Shown here piece by piece: positions 48,100 to 58,096 of a DNA stretch of 64,000 nucleotides. Positions within the stretch are counted from its first letter, which is position 1. Each line of letters begins with the position of its first letter. The notes under the pieces are model-generated. The model had not been told where the DNA came from. It was given only the letters and a program-made list of their open reading frames with translations, and did not search any database. Origin of the DNA: a bacterium (lineage in GTDB: Bacteria > DRYD01); the NCBI GenBank assembly GCA_039630415.1, contig JBCNVB010000013.1:96001-160000 (forward strand), written 5' to 3'. The position numbers and the translations under genes were made by a program.

Positions 48100-48374
48100 A
48101 AGGCGTAGGAGACGTAATAGGAGCATTTTTAATAGGAGTAGCTGTGGGAACAGTAATCGGTATGCTTTATGCTCCACAAAGCGGCGAAGAAACTAGAAAA
48201 TATATCTCCGAAAGAGGATCCAAAACTATAGAAGAACTTAACCAAAAAATGAATAATCTTAAAGAACAATTCGAAAAAATAAGCAAAGAAATATCAAAAA
48301 CCACAGCAGAATTAGTAGACAAACTATCTGATGTATTTGAAAAAAAGCAAGAAAAACAAGAAAGCCAAGGGTGA
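48096..48374 (+). CDS. YtxH domain protein
   Basis: FLIG.AVG..IGMLYAPQSGEETR. Confidence 0.88.
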   Translation: MKGVGDVIGAFLIGVAVGTVIGMLYAPQSGEETRKYISERGSKTIEELNQKMNNLKEQFEKISKEISKTTAELVDKLSDVFEKKQEKQESQG

Positions 48375-48381
48375 TCAATCC

Positions 48382-48726
48382 ATGAACATCGAACTAAGAA
48401 CCGAAAAAATTGATGATATCTACATAGTAGAAATTGAGGGAGAAGTTGATACTTACACATCTTCCAAAATAAAACAAGACATACTCAAAATAGTAGAACA
48501 AACCTCCAAAATAATAGTATCTATGGAAAAAGTAAAATTCATTGATAGCACGGGACTAGGTATACTAATTGGCATACTCAAAAAAATAAAAGAAAAAGAA
48601 GGTGAAATGATAATAGTATCACCTAACTCCTACATAAACCAAATCTTCGAAATTACAGGATTATTTAAAGTATTCAAAATAGTAGAAAATCACCAACAAG
48701 CAATAGATCATATGAAAAAAGGATAA
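48382..48726 (+). CDS. STAS domain anti-sigma factor antagonist
   Basis: GEVD.YT, V.FIDSTGLG, IFEITGL. Confidence 0.92.
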   Translation: MNIELRTEKIDDIYIVEIEGEVDTYTSSKIKQDILKIVEQTSKIIVSMEKVKFIDSTGLGILIGILKKIKEKEGEMIIVSPNSYINQIFEITGLFKVFKIVENHQQAIDHMKKG

Positions 48727-48731
48727 GTGTT

Positions 48732-49481
48732 ATGATAAATCTAGAGGGTAAAAATGCTATAGTTACGGGTTCATCAAGAGGAATAGGCAAAGCGATATCT
48801 TTAAAGCTAGCAGAAGCCAAAGCTAATGTAGTTATAAACTATAAGTCAAGTCAAAAGGAAGCTGAAGAATTAGCTCAAGAAATATCAGCCAAATATAACG
48901 TTAAAGCTATCCCAATTCAAGCTGATATATCCGACCTAGAACAAGTTAAAAAACTCAAAGAAATAGCTAATCAACAACTCGGACCTATCACCATACTCGT
49001 AAATAACGCTGGAATTAACAACGATAAACTGCTTAGAAACATGACACCCGATATATGGGAATCAGTAATAAAATCAAACTTGTATTCGATATACTACACT
49101 TGTTATACTTTTGTCGAAGATATGATAAATTCGAGATGGGGAAGGATTATAAATATATCCTCTGTTGTAGCTTTGATGGGTTCGGCAGGACAAGCTAATT
49201 ATGCTGCTTCCAAAGCCGCTATAATAGGATTTACAAAATCAATCGCTAGAGAACTTGCTAAAAGAAATATAACTGCCAATGTAGTATGTCCTGGATACAT
49301 AGAAACAGACATGACCCAAAAGTTGGCACCCAAAATAAGAGAAGCTATTATAAACAATATCCCTGTTGGAAGACCAGGACAACCAGAAGATGTAGCAAAT
49401 CTTGTACTCTTTCTTGCTTCTGATCTTTCTTCCTACATAACCGGTGAAGTAATTAATATCAGCGGTGGACTATACATGTAA
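48732..49481 (+). CDS. fabG: 3-oxoacyl-ACP reductase
   Basis: TGSSRGIG, NNAGI, GQANYAASK, PGYIETDMT. Confidence 0.88.
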   Translation: MINLEGKNAIVTGSSRGIGKAISLKLAEAKANVVINYKSSQKEAEELAQEISAKYNVKAIPIQADISDLEQVKKLKEIANQQLGPITILVNNAGINNDKLLRNMTPDIWESVIKSNLYSIYYTCYTFVEDMINSRWGRIINISSVVALMGSAGQANYAASKAAIIGFTKSIARELAKRNITANVVCPGYIETDMTQKLAPKIREAIINNIPVGRPGQPEDVANLVLFLASDLSSYITGEVINISGGLYM

Positions 49482-50549
49482 GTGTTTATATTCAGTTTTA
49501 ATCTGATAATAATACTACTCCTAATAACAGGATTTATCTTTGTTGGTAGTGCAAATAACTTCGAATATAAAACTTTCAAACATCTAATATCGATAGTCAT
49601 AGGATTGGTTCTATTTGTGATAACCTCAACAAGTATGATTGCTATTAAACACTTAATATTTAATTCTTGGATACTTTGGATAACTTCTTTTTTAGTGGTA
49701 ATCTCGACTCTATTTATAGGTACAACTGTAAATGGCGCTAAAAGTTGGATATACATAGGTAATTTCTCATTCCAACCTTCAGAACTAATAAAATTTTCTT
49801 TACCTTTTGTATTTGCTTATCTTGCTTATGTAATCAAAAATAAACTTGTATTCTTTGTACTTTCCATGTCGATATTTGGTATAAGTACGATACCAATATT
49901 TTTGCAGCCAGATCTTGGTTTTTCTTTACTTCTTTTTTTTACGACATTGATTGTTAACTATTGTTATGGAATAAATGGATTTATTATTCTTCTTACTATG
50001 GGCCTGTTTATCATAGCTGGAAGTTTTGTAATAAAGCCCTATCAGTTAGAAAGACTTATTACTTTTCTAGATCCATACAAAGATCCTTTGGGTAACGGAT
50101 GGCAAACCATACAAAGTGTTAATTGTCACATAAATGGAGGCTTATGGGGACAGGGAATTGGAAAAGGAATCGTTTCTAAACTTGGATTCTTACCAGAAAA
50201 AGATACTGATTTTATATTTTCTCTGATTTCTGAAGAAATAGGCTTAATTGGGTCGCTGTTAATTATTTGCCTCTTCTTATTGCTAATTTTCCATCTCCTA
50301 ATAATTCATTATAAATCGGTACAAATCGAGCATAAGATAATTTCCGGCTATGTTTTTGGTATCATATTCATCCAATCTTTTATAAATATAGCAATGAATA
50401 CTATGTCTGGTCCAATAACTGGTTTACCTTTACCTCTAATCAGCTACGGAGGAACTAACATGGTTGTGACCCTATTCCTATTGGGTACCATGAATCAAAT
50501 TTATTTCCAAATAGTTCAAAAGCAAAAGATAGACAAATGGATAAAATAA
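49482..50549 (+). CDS. SEDS family peptidoglycan glycosyltransferase (RodA/FtsW)
   Basis: GAKSWI, QPSELIK, QPDLG, GGLWGQG, LPE..TDFIF, PITG.PLPLISYGG. Confidence 0.92.
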   Translation: MFIFSFNLIIILLLITGFIFVGSANNFEYKTFKHLISIVIGLVLFVITSTSMIAIKHLIFNSWILWITSFLVVISTLFIGTTVNGAKSWIYIGNFSFQPSELIKFSLPFVFAYLAYVIKNKLVFFVLSMSIFGISTIPIFLQPDLGFSLLLFFTTLIVNYCYGINGFIILLTMGLFIIAGSFVIKPYQLERLITFLDPYKDPLGNGWQTIQSVNCHINGGLWGQGIGKGIVSKLGFLPEKDTDFIFSLISEEIGLIGSLLIICLFLLLIFHLLIIHYKSVQIEHKIISGYVFGIIFIQSFINIAMNTMSGPITGLPLPLISYGGTNMVVTLFLLGTMNQIYFQIVQKQKIDKWIK

Positions 50550-50555
50550 GGTTTT

Positions 50556-51455
50556 ATGAGTATTGGTTGGGTAATATTTTCAATAGCTATGGCTTCTTTA
50601 GAACCCATAATAGTCAAATTTTTTTACAATCAGCATCAGCTAAATCCATTTGAAATCATCATTTTTAAAAATTTATTTGCTGGTATAGTTATCATACCCC
50701 TTATATATCTTCTTGGATTTAAGATAAGAGTTTTAGCGATAACTGATATATTGAATATTTCTAGAGTTTCCTTTCTTTTACTTTTCACGACTTCTGCAAT
50801 GATAATATCGTTAAAATATATACCTGCTTTCGTAATGCTCACTATATTCAGTTCAAACCCTGCCTTTGTCACTATGATAAATCAACTAAAAGGTAAAAAT
50901 ACAGTCGATAGTGTTTTTTGGATTGGATTTTTAATTGCTTTCATAGGAATTTGTTTACTTTTGGAAATTTATAATATTAACTTGCATTTTAGCCTTAATT
51001 TCTTTTTAGGAGTTGTTATTTGTTTTATGGGAGTTTTGTCTTCAGGATTATATAGAACAACTCTGGATGAACTAACTCATAGGTATACACCCATAGTGGT
51101 TTCATGTTATATTTTCCTGATCAACTTGATATTTATTTGCATTTTTTTAGGTGGATACTATTTGTCCTCTATTATGAGCTTGATTGAGAGTCCAGATATT
51201 ATTGGAGGCTATGAGGTTTGGGTTGGTATTTATGGAGGTATTGCTGGTGCTCTTGCTAACATAGCTTTTCTATATGCCCTTAACCTACTGGGATCTACCA
51301 AAGTATCTATCCTAAATATGCTTCAGCAACCAACCATTATTCTTCTCTCAGTCATACTACTCAATGAAAAGATAAATGCATATCAGATAATAGGGATTTT
51401 ACTCGTTATACTGGGTGTAAATATTGCTATAAGGAGAATCAAATTATTGAAGTAA
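50556..51455 (+). CDS. DMT/EamA family transporter
   Basis: About 10 TM segments, two EamA-like halves, terminal LNE....Q..G..L..G. Confidence 0.85.
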   Translation: MSIGWVIFSIAMASLEPIIVKFFYNQHQLNPFEIIIFKNLFAGIVIIPLIYLLGFKIRVLAITDILNISRVSFLLLFTTSAMIISLKYIPAFVMLTIFSSNPAFVTMINQLKGKNTVDSVFWIGFLIAFIGICLLLEIYNINLHFSLNFFLGVVICFMGVLSSGLYRTTLDELTHRYTPIVVSCYIFLINLIFICIFLGGYYLSSIMSLIESPDIIGGYEVWVGIYGGIAGALANIAFLYALNLLGSTKVSILNMLQQPTIILLSVILLNEKINAYQIIGILLVILGVNIAIRRIKLLK

Positions 51456-51460
51456 ATTAA

Positions 51461-52375
51461 CTACAAAAATTTCAGATCTGCTATATTGAGAATTTTTTGA
51501 TTCATTACTTCTTGAGGCAAAAGTTCTGCACAAAAATCATCTGATAAATAAATTTTTCCATGATAGAATTTTCTGACATATTCTATAAACTCTATTAATT
51601 TTTCCCTATCTTCAAGTAGGGTGGTGTTCGTATTTATTACTCCCAAAATTAGGTTTTGGAATTTATTTAGGTTAATTTGCTCAACTTGTTTTATAGGATT
51701 TTTATAGAAATTTAAACCTATTCCATCAACTTCAAGTTTTTCTAGATCCTTATAGTTTTGTATTTTATTTTTGAAAAGTACAAACTTGGTTGATTTAAGT
51801 GATTGTAATCTTCTACATAGATCTACTATTGGTTTTATTTTTGTTACTGGAGTGTACTCTATGAAAGCTAAAATCAAGCTTTTTTGAGATATTTTGATCC
51901 ACTCTTGTTCTAATTTTTGAGCTATATGTGATATTAATTCTATACTTGTTTCTGTTTTTAAGTTAGAATATTTTCTAAGAGTCAAGGGAGCTGGTAAAGA
52001 AACTAGGTAGTTAAATTGACCCATTTTTCCTATATCCAAGTACTCTTCCAAGTAGATTGAAAAGTTTGAGGGGTTAATATCCAATTTCTTGATATGAATT
52101 TTCCTCCAGAACATATTGGTTTCTTCAAATCTTACCAGTGATTCGGCACGGCAATTATCTATAAAACTACACAGTGGTCTTAACAAATCTTGATACTTGA
52201 ATAACCCATTAGAGTAAAATTCACATTCGGCTTTTTTTTGAAGTTCTATAAGATTATCTAACTCCAGATTGTATAGACTTTTCAACTCTTTTAGGGATAT
52301 TCTGTTTCTATCAAAATCTCTTGTAGCTTGTATAAGTTTTTCTGATCTAGGATAGCTACCTGCTAAAATAATCAT
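51461..52375 (-). CDS. single-barrel MetE-like (UROD/MetE fold) protein
   Basis: GSYPR start, IELQKKA..F.SNG....DL, N.FWR, PAPLTL, GVIN.NTT.LE, ELLP....QK. Confidence 0.7.
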   Translation of the reverse strand: MIILAGSYPRSEKLIQATRDFDRNRISLKELKSLYNLELDNLIELQKKAECEFYSNGLFKYQDLLRPLCSFIDNCRAESLVRFEETNMFWRKIHIKKLDINPSNFSIYLEEYLDIGKMGQFNYLVSLPAPLTLRKYSNLKTETSIELISHIAQKLEQEWIKISQKSLILAFIEYTPVTKIKPIVDLCRRLQSLKSTKFVLFKNKIQNYKDLEKLEVDGIGLNFYKNPIKQVEQINLNKFQNLILGVINTNTTLLEDREKLIEFIEYVRKFYHGKIYLSDDFCAELLPQEVMNQKILNIADLKFL

Positions 52376-53046
52376 GGCTGGTTATAAAGTATTATCGTGT
52401 ATTCTCCTTTTTCAGGTAATTGATCCTCTTTTAATTCCTTAAGTTTAGAGAATATTACCTTTTGATTAACTTTTGTAAGTTCATGTAAAATTAGTATTGA
52501 TCTATTTGGGAATATTTGCTTCATATTATTGAGAGTTTTTTTTATTCTGTGGCAAGATTCAAAGAATACAATACTTTTAACATAATTAGGGCAAGAGGAT
52601 AAAATTTCGATGTATTTATTTTTCTTATCCAAAAAACCAAGAAAAAGAAAGGGGGTGTGGGGCAGGGGACTTAGTGACATAGCTGAACACAGAGAACTAA
52701 CACCGGGTACTAATTCTACTTCTATTCCATTCTCTATTGCATACTTTACTAAATTTATTGGAGGATCCTCGATATTTGGGGTCCCTGCTCCACTCATAAA
52801 TCCAATCTTTTCATACCTACCAATTAGTGAAAGTATTTTACTCTGTCTTTTGTACCAATCACTCTCATGATATGATAGGATTTTTTTGTTTATCTTATAA
52901 TAGTTCAGTAGTTTTAGGGTTCTTGAGATTTTCTCAGCCAGAAATACATCTACTTCATTAGCTTTTTCTAGAAAGTTGAGTGTTACATCTTTTAGGTTAC
53001 CTATTGGTGTCGAGAAAAGAATCAATTTCTTCAGGAATACCACCAC
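52372..53046 (-). CDS. rsmI: 16S rRNA C1402 2'-O-methyltransferase
   Basis: STPIGNLKD, AGTP.I.DP, PGVSS, FLGFL, FESCHR, ELTK, KGE. Confidence 0.9.
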   Translation of the reverse strand: MVVFLKKLILFSTPIGNLKDVTLNFLEKANEVDVFLAEKISRTLKLLNYYKINKKILSYHESDWYKRQSKILSLIGRYEKIGFMSGAGTPNIEDPPINLVKYAIENGIEVELVPGVSSLCSAMSLSPLPHTPFLFLGFLDKKNKYIEILSSCPNYVKSIVFFESCHRIKKTLNNMKQIFPNRSILILHELTKVNQKVIFSKLKELKEDQLPEKGEYTIILYNQP

Positions 53047-53354
53047 CAGTGCTCCTTAGGATACTTAGTTTGATAGTGTGATAAATTAACAAATCTTTTT
53101 ATTTCTGGTATTAGATGCGTTAGTTCTTCGTCTGCCATAATTAAAGAAGAAATTAATTTTTGAAAATCTTGATATATACTGAATGGTATGATTTCTTTGT
53201 TTTGTTCGAAATAGTCTATTAAGTCTTGAATTTCACTTCTATACTGCAAGAATAGTGGAGCGTTGTATCTGTTTATCTTTTTTTCTTGTACCATTTTTTG
53301 GTAATCATCCAGGTACTCTTGCAATAGATCTAGAATTTCTATGTATGCTTGCAT
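53031..53354 (-). CDS. hypothetical protein (C-terminal PKEHWWW)
   Basis: Tightly packed ORF in the operon between flotillin and rsmI. Confidence 0.65.
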   Translation of the reverse strand: MQAYIEILDLLQEYLDDYQKMVQEKKINRYNAPLFLQYRSEIQDLIDYFEQNKEIIPFSIYQDFQKLISSLIMADEELTHLIPEIKRFVNLSHYQTKYPKEHWWWYS

Positions 53355-53357
53355 TTT

Positions 53358-55208
53358 TTATTGATTTGTTGATTGTTTTTGTTGTGGTTGTGGTGATAGT
53401 CCTTTAATTAGTTCGATAATGTCTACACCAGTGATATTTTTCAGTACTTCTGGTACGGTTGCTACTGTTCCGGCTATATCTCTGGTTAGGTTGGAGAATC
53501 CTGCGCCATTACCTCCACCTATCATTATAACTTTTTCTACTTTATTAAGTGGATTAGATACTTTTTCTGCTACTTCTGGTAGTTTTTCTATCATGAGTTC
53601 TGCTATAGCGGCATTGTTATACATTCTCCAAGCTTCTGCTTTTTTCATCATAGCTTTAGCTATAGCCATACCTTGTGCTTCTGTGATTTCTGCTTCTGCT
53701 ATTCCTTTAGCTTTTATTGCTTCAGCTTCTGCTTGACCACTAAGTTTTATTTTTTCTGCTTCTGCTTGAGCTAGGGCTATTTGCCTCATTTTTTCTGCTT
53801 CTGCTAGTTGTTCGATTTTGAATCTTTCTGCTTCTGCAGGTTTTTTAACAGTTGCTTCTAGTTCTTTTTCTTTTCTTTGTGTTTCTAGGACTTGGAGTTC
53901 TATTTGTTTTTCTTTTTCGGTTAGGTAGTAAGCCATATCAGCTTCTGCGCGTTTTGATTCTGCTTTTCTTCTTTCTTCAGATACTTTCATGTCAGCTTCT
54001 ATTTGAGCTATTCTTTTTCTTTGATCAGCTTCGGCTTCTTTTTCAGCTGCTTGTGCTTCTGCTTCTGCCGCTGCTTTTCTGGCTTCAGCCATTTGTTGTG
54101 CTTCTTTTGATTTAGCTTCTGCGTCTTGTTGAGCTGTATATATTCTCTTTTCTTTTTCTGTTTCAGCTTGTCTTTTAGCTATTTCTAGAGATTGTTCGAG
54201 TTCATAGTTTTTAGCTACCTTTTCTAGTTCTGCTTGTTTCATTCTTGCTTGTGTTTCTTGTTCTTTTATTTGAGGAGCGACTCTGAATTCTATTGCTTTT
54301 TCTGGATCTCCTATATCTTTGATTGCAAATGTATCTAGTATTAAGCCCATTTTGAAGAAGTCATCTTTTATTGCCTCTTCAACTTTCTTTACTATTTCTT
54401 CTCTTTTGTGAAGTAATTCTTCGAGATTTACTGCAGCTATTACTTCTCTAGTTTTACCTTCCAGAATTTCTCTGATACTGGATACTACACTATCTGATCT
54501 TTGATTAAGGAATCTTTCACCTGCTTTTTCTAGTTCGTTAAGATTAAATTTTACTGCTGCTGTAGCGCTTACGCTTACTGGTATTTTATCTGCGGTTAAA
54601 ATTTTGGTTGTTGTTACATCTATTATTAAGCTTGTAAGAGCTAGTTTTATTGAACCGATTGGATCGAGGATGTCTTTGATAGTGAATGCATCTATTTTCA
54701 AACCTAGGGTAGCTAGGTCTTTAGCTGCTGATTTATTTACTTCTTGAATGAAGGTATCTCTGTCGTGGAGAAGTTGTTGTAATCTAGTTCTAGCTACTAC
54801 TTCTCTAGTATGTCCTTCTAGAATTTCTTTTATATTTTTGTCTATTTCTTGGTCTGTTTTACCAAGGAATCTTTCTGCTGCGTTAAGTATGTTAGCCATG
54901 CTTTCTGAGTTTATTTTGACGGTTGCGACTGCTTCTACTGATAGTGGAACTTTGTCTAATGTAAGTATTTGTGGGCTTCTTATGTCGATAATTCTTGCTT
55001 CAAGTGAGAGTTCTTGGGCTATTTGAACTAAAGGAAGTACTATAGCACCTCCTCCAACTACTACTTTTCTTCCTCCCATTCCTGTTATTATTAGTGCTTT
55101 GTTAGGTGGAACTTTTCTGTACAGTGTAACGATGAAATAAGCTAGCATCATTATAACTGCAAAAACTACAAGGATACCTACTATAAGGAAAATGTTTCCG
55201 AATTCCAT
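53358..55208 (-). CDS. flotillin/SPFH family protein with tandem-duplicated SPFH domain
   Basis: YRKVPPNKALII.G, AAERFLG, EILEG.TRE (twice), EA-rich coiled coil, KKAEAW..YN.AA. Confidence 0.92.
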   Translation of the reverse strand: MEFGNIFLIVGILVVFAVIMMLAYFIVTLYRKVPPNKALIITGMGGRKVVVGGGAIVLPLVQIAQELSLEARIIDIRSPQILTLDKVPLSVEAVATVKINSESMANILNAAERFLGKTDQEIDKNIKEILEGHTREVVARTRLQQLLHDRDTFIQEVNKSAAKDLATLGLKIDAFTIKDILDPIGSIKLALTSLIIDVTTTKILTADKIPVSVSATAAVKFNLNELEKAGERFLNQRSDSVVSSIREILEGKTREVIAAVNLEELLHKREEIVKKVEEAIKDDFFKMGLILDTFAIKDIGDPEKAIEFRVAPQIKEQETQARMKQAELEKVAKNYELEQSLEIAKRQAETEKEKRIYTAQQDAEAKSKEAQQMAEARKAAAEAEAQAAEKEAEADQRKRIAQIEADMKVSEERRKAESKRAEADMAYYLTEKEKQIELQVLETQRKEKELEATVKKPAEAERFKIEQLAEAEKMRQIALAQAEAEKIKLSGQAEAEAIKAKGIAEAEITEAQGMAIAKAMMKKAEAWRMYNNAAIAELMIEKLPEVAEKVSNPLNKVEKVIMIGGGNGAGFSNLTRDIAGTVATVPEVLKNITGVDIIELIKGLSPQPQQKQSTNQ

Positions 55209-55264
55209 GAATATATCACCCCCTTATTTGTTCGTTACTTTATATGGTACTCTGGTTGTTTCGT

Positions 55265-55801
55265 TTATACTTTGGTTACTTCTTGAGCATCCCAGTTGGG
55301 TGGGCATGCTTGTCCTGGATTATCATATACATATTTGCAAGCTTTCAGAGTTCTAAGAATTTCTCTGGTATTTCTTCCTATCAGGAAATCATTAACACAC
55401 ATATGGACGACAGTCCCTTCGGGATTGACTATGATTGTTCCTCTTCTTGTTAAGCCAACGTTTTCATCATATGTTCCCATCATAGATGTTAGATTGTGTG
55501 TAGAATCTGATATCATTGGGAATTGAACATTTTTTAGTGCTTCTGTTGATTCTTTCCAAGCTTTGAGAGTGTAAACTGTATCTGTACTTATTGACATTAC
55601 TTCACAATTTAGTTTTTTAAATTCGTCGTATATTTTGGATATTTCGACTAATTCTTCTTGGCATACACCTGTAAATGCTGCTGGGTGTGATATTAGTACT
55701 ATCCATTTACCTTTGTATTCTTCCAGGTTTAGTTCTTTTATTTCTCCATTGTGGTAGCATTTTACTTTACAGTATGGAAACTTTTGACCTACTTTTAGCA
55801 T
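55265..55801 (-). CDS. ahpC: 2-Cys peroxiredoxin (AhpC-type)
   Basis: PAAFTGVC peroxidatic motif, GRN..EILR, QACPPNW resolving Cys. Confidence 0.88.
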   Translation of the reverse strand: MLKVGQKFPYCKVKCYHNGEIKELNLEEYKGKWIVLISHPAAFTGVCQEELVEISKIYDEFKKLNCEVMSISTDTVYTLKAWKESTEALKNVQFPMISDSTHNLTSMMGTYDENVGLTRRGTIIVNPEGTVVHMCVNDFLIGRNTREILRTLKACKYVYDNPGQACPPNWDAQEVTKV

Positions 55802-55944
55802 TTTTTGCTTACCTCCTTCTGTGTTTATAGTTAATAGTCTGTTGATAAAGAACTGACAATATAATTGTTATATTAATTTACTCTATAACCTCTATTTGAT
55901 ATCTTTATTTTTATTGATAAAATTCAATGGAATTAAGGTGTATT

Positions 55945-57255
55945 TTATTCCTGTATCTTATATACAAAAGGTATCCATGAAGTGTTATTATAAGCTGAAC
56001 CGGTTAAGAAAATTGAGGTGCCATCTACAACAAAATCATACACTTCAGTATGACTTTGAGGATCATTATTATTATTTGACAGGTCTATTAGGTATGGTGT
56101 AGATTGAACTTGAAGGTTTGAAGGATTTAATTTTAATAAAAATCCATCTTTTTGATTATTAGATCTTACAAAATGTCCTGCTATGTAGATTGTATTATTT
56201 GCAAAGTATATAGAGGTTGGGGTTATATCTTTGTCACCAGTTATGACCAAACTGAAGTGATTATGTGTCCAATTGTTAGATGACAAATCCAACTTTGCAA
56301 CATACATATCATCGTGGTTTGTACTTGTATTTTTGTACATTCCGACAGCAAATAGGTTATTATTATCTACATACAAAGATTCTATTGAAGAGTTTCCCAT
56401 ATTAGGAATGCTTAGTATATCATCGATAATAAAAGTATTTCTGTTGTTTGGATTTGATTTATTAACTTGTATAATGAATGATTTGTACTTAGAAGTTGAT
56501 TTACTTAATCCTCCAAGAAATATATTTGATGAATTTACTCTTACTACCTTAATTTCATCTGTTTCATTACCTCCTGCAATATTGGAGAAGGTATCAATAT
56601 ATTGTTGAACACCTGAATTATTTAGTTTTATTAAAAAACCATCAAAGTTATTACCATTCCATGATCTTCCTACTATGTATATTTCTGTTGAGTCTACAAA
56701 TATTGAGGTACTGGAATCTTCATCATTGCCTCCTGCAATGTTAGAGGAGAGAAAACCATAATCGTTATTATTATCACCATCTAGATCTCTTGGAAGATTA
56801 CTCCCAAAATTTGGTAAAAAATTAAGATTGGTATCTATTTTTAGTACGAAAGCATCTAGGTTATTTATTGTTCCACTGTTTCCTGTAAGATATAGATCTG
56901 TTGAGTCATTATTAATATCAAAACAGTAATCAAGGGAACTATTACTTTGGATGTTGTCAAAATTTTTTAAAGTTGAGTTTGCTGATGAGATATCTAAACT
57001 ATCTAGTTTTATTACAAATACATTTGCATTTGCATTTGTTGTATATCCTGCTGAAAAGATATTGTTTCATATTTTTGTGATAGATCTTGCAAAGCCAGAA
57101 AGATTATTAAAATTTCTGACTGATGTTGATGCTCCTGCAGTACTGGTTGGAACGGTATTGCCTCCTCCTTTACTTCCACATGATAAAAGATACCCTATCA
57201 TTATTAGTACTACGGAAATGATCAGCAATGATATTTTTATCTTTTTATATTCCAT
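55945..57255 (-). pseudogene. beta-propeller lipoprotein interrupted by a single in-frame TGA at 57067-57069
   Basis: Lipobox-like LLSC; frame continues stop-free after the TGA into ORF 55945-56400 (1311 nt, 437 codons); repeated (I/L)Y(L/I)xG...D(A/G)F(V/L)xK blades. Confidence 0.8.
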
Positions 57256-57404
57256 GTTATCACCTCCTAATATGGTTCCGAAATAAGTTTGATTAAATTA
57301 TGATAATTATCCTTCTTTCTTAATTTCATATATTGACATAGATCAATAAAAATTGGGGATATTTTAAAAAGGTTTGGGTGGTGTGGTTATAGAAAAGATA
57401 TTAT

Positions 57405-57524
57405 TGGCTGGTGCCCATAGCGGTGGGGAAACACCCGGTTCCATTCCGAACCCGGAAGTTAAGCCCACCAGCGCCGATGGTACTAATGGGGCGACCCAGT
57501 GGGAGAGTAGGTCGGTGCCAGCCA
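57405..57524 (+). rRNA. rrf: 5S ribosomal RNA
   Basis: GC-rich 120 nt; terminal helix TGGCTGG/CCAGCCA; CCATTCCGAACCCGGAAGTTAAGC, GCCGATGGTACT and GGGAGAGTAGG conserved 5S blocks. Confidence 0.98.
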
Positions 57525-57557
57525 TCTCCTCAATCCCACAAAATCCCTCTATAAAAC

Positions 57558-58094
57558 ATGATATTCCTCTGCACACCCATCTACGAAGTCGGATGGATTG
57601 CTGTTTGGATAACTTCTATCATCTACTCACTAACTTATCCTTTATTTTACAAAATCTTCAAAGAATATAAAGAACGGAATAAAATTTCTAAAGAAGCATT
57701 TGAAAGAGTAGAGAAAGAGAGATGGTTTTGTTTTACTGTTTTGGCTATCTTTCCTCTTGCTGCACCTACTTGTGCAACTATACTTATAGTACCTGTAATA
57801 GCTCTACTTACATTCCCTCTGTACTTTACTTTTAGTTTTATCTACACTATTCTATACAGCTCCGCTGAAAAATTTGAAAGAAAATTACTAGCTATCTACT
57901 ACGGTATACCAATGCTTGTATTAATATCATTGGGGATAACTTTCAAGGTAAATCTTTATGGGAGTTTATCAGAATTTTTAGTATATTATGCTACCGAACA
58001 TTTAAGACCCTATCTAATAACCTTTATCCTCTGCCTTGCATTTTTTGTTGTATATCTTTTGATATTCGACAAGCAAATGGATCAGAGTAAGTAG
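57558..58094 (+). CDS. hypothetical membrane protein
   Basis: Several hydrophobic segments; no recognised motif. Confidence 0.6.
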   Translation: MIFLCTPIYEVGWIAVWITSIIYSLTYPLFYKIFKEYKERNKISKEAFERVEKERWFCFTVLAIFPLAAPTCATILIVPVIALLTFPLYFTFSFIYTILYSSAEKFERKLLAIYYGIPMLVLISLGITFKVNLYGSLSEFLVYYATEHLRPYLITFILCLAFFVVYLLIFDKQMDQSK

Positions 58095-58096
58095 TT

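Noticed and set aside
57067-57069. Genome-wide UGA reassignment or selenocysteine
   Set aside because: TGA terminates normal genes here (lgt, clpX, secD); the site is a non-catalytic turn with no evident SECIS hairpin
57364-57670. ORFs 57364-57576(-) and 57374-57670(+)
   Set aside because: They overlap the 5S rRNA and are spurious translations of it
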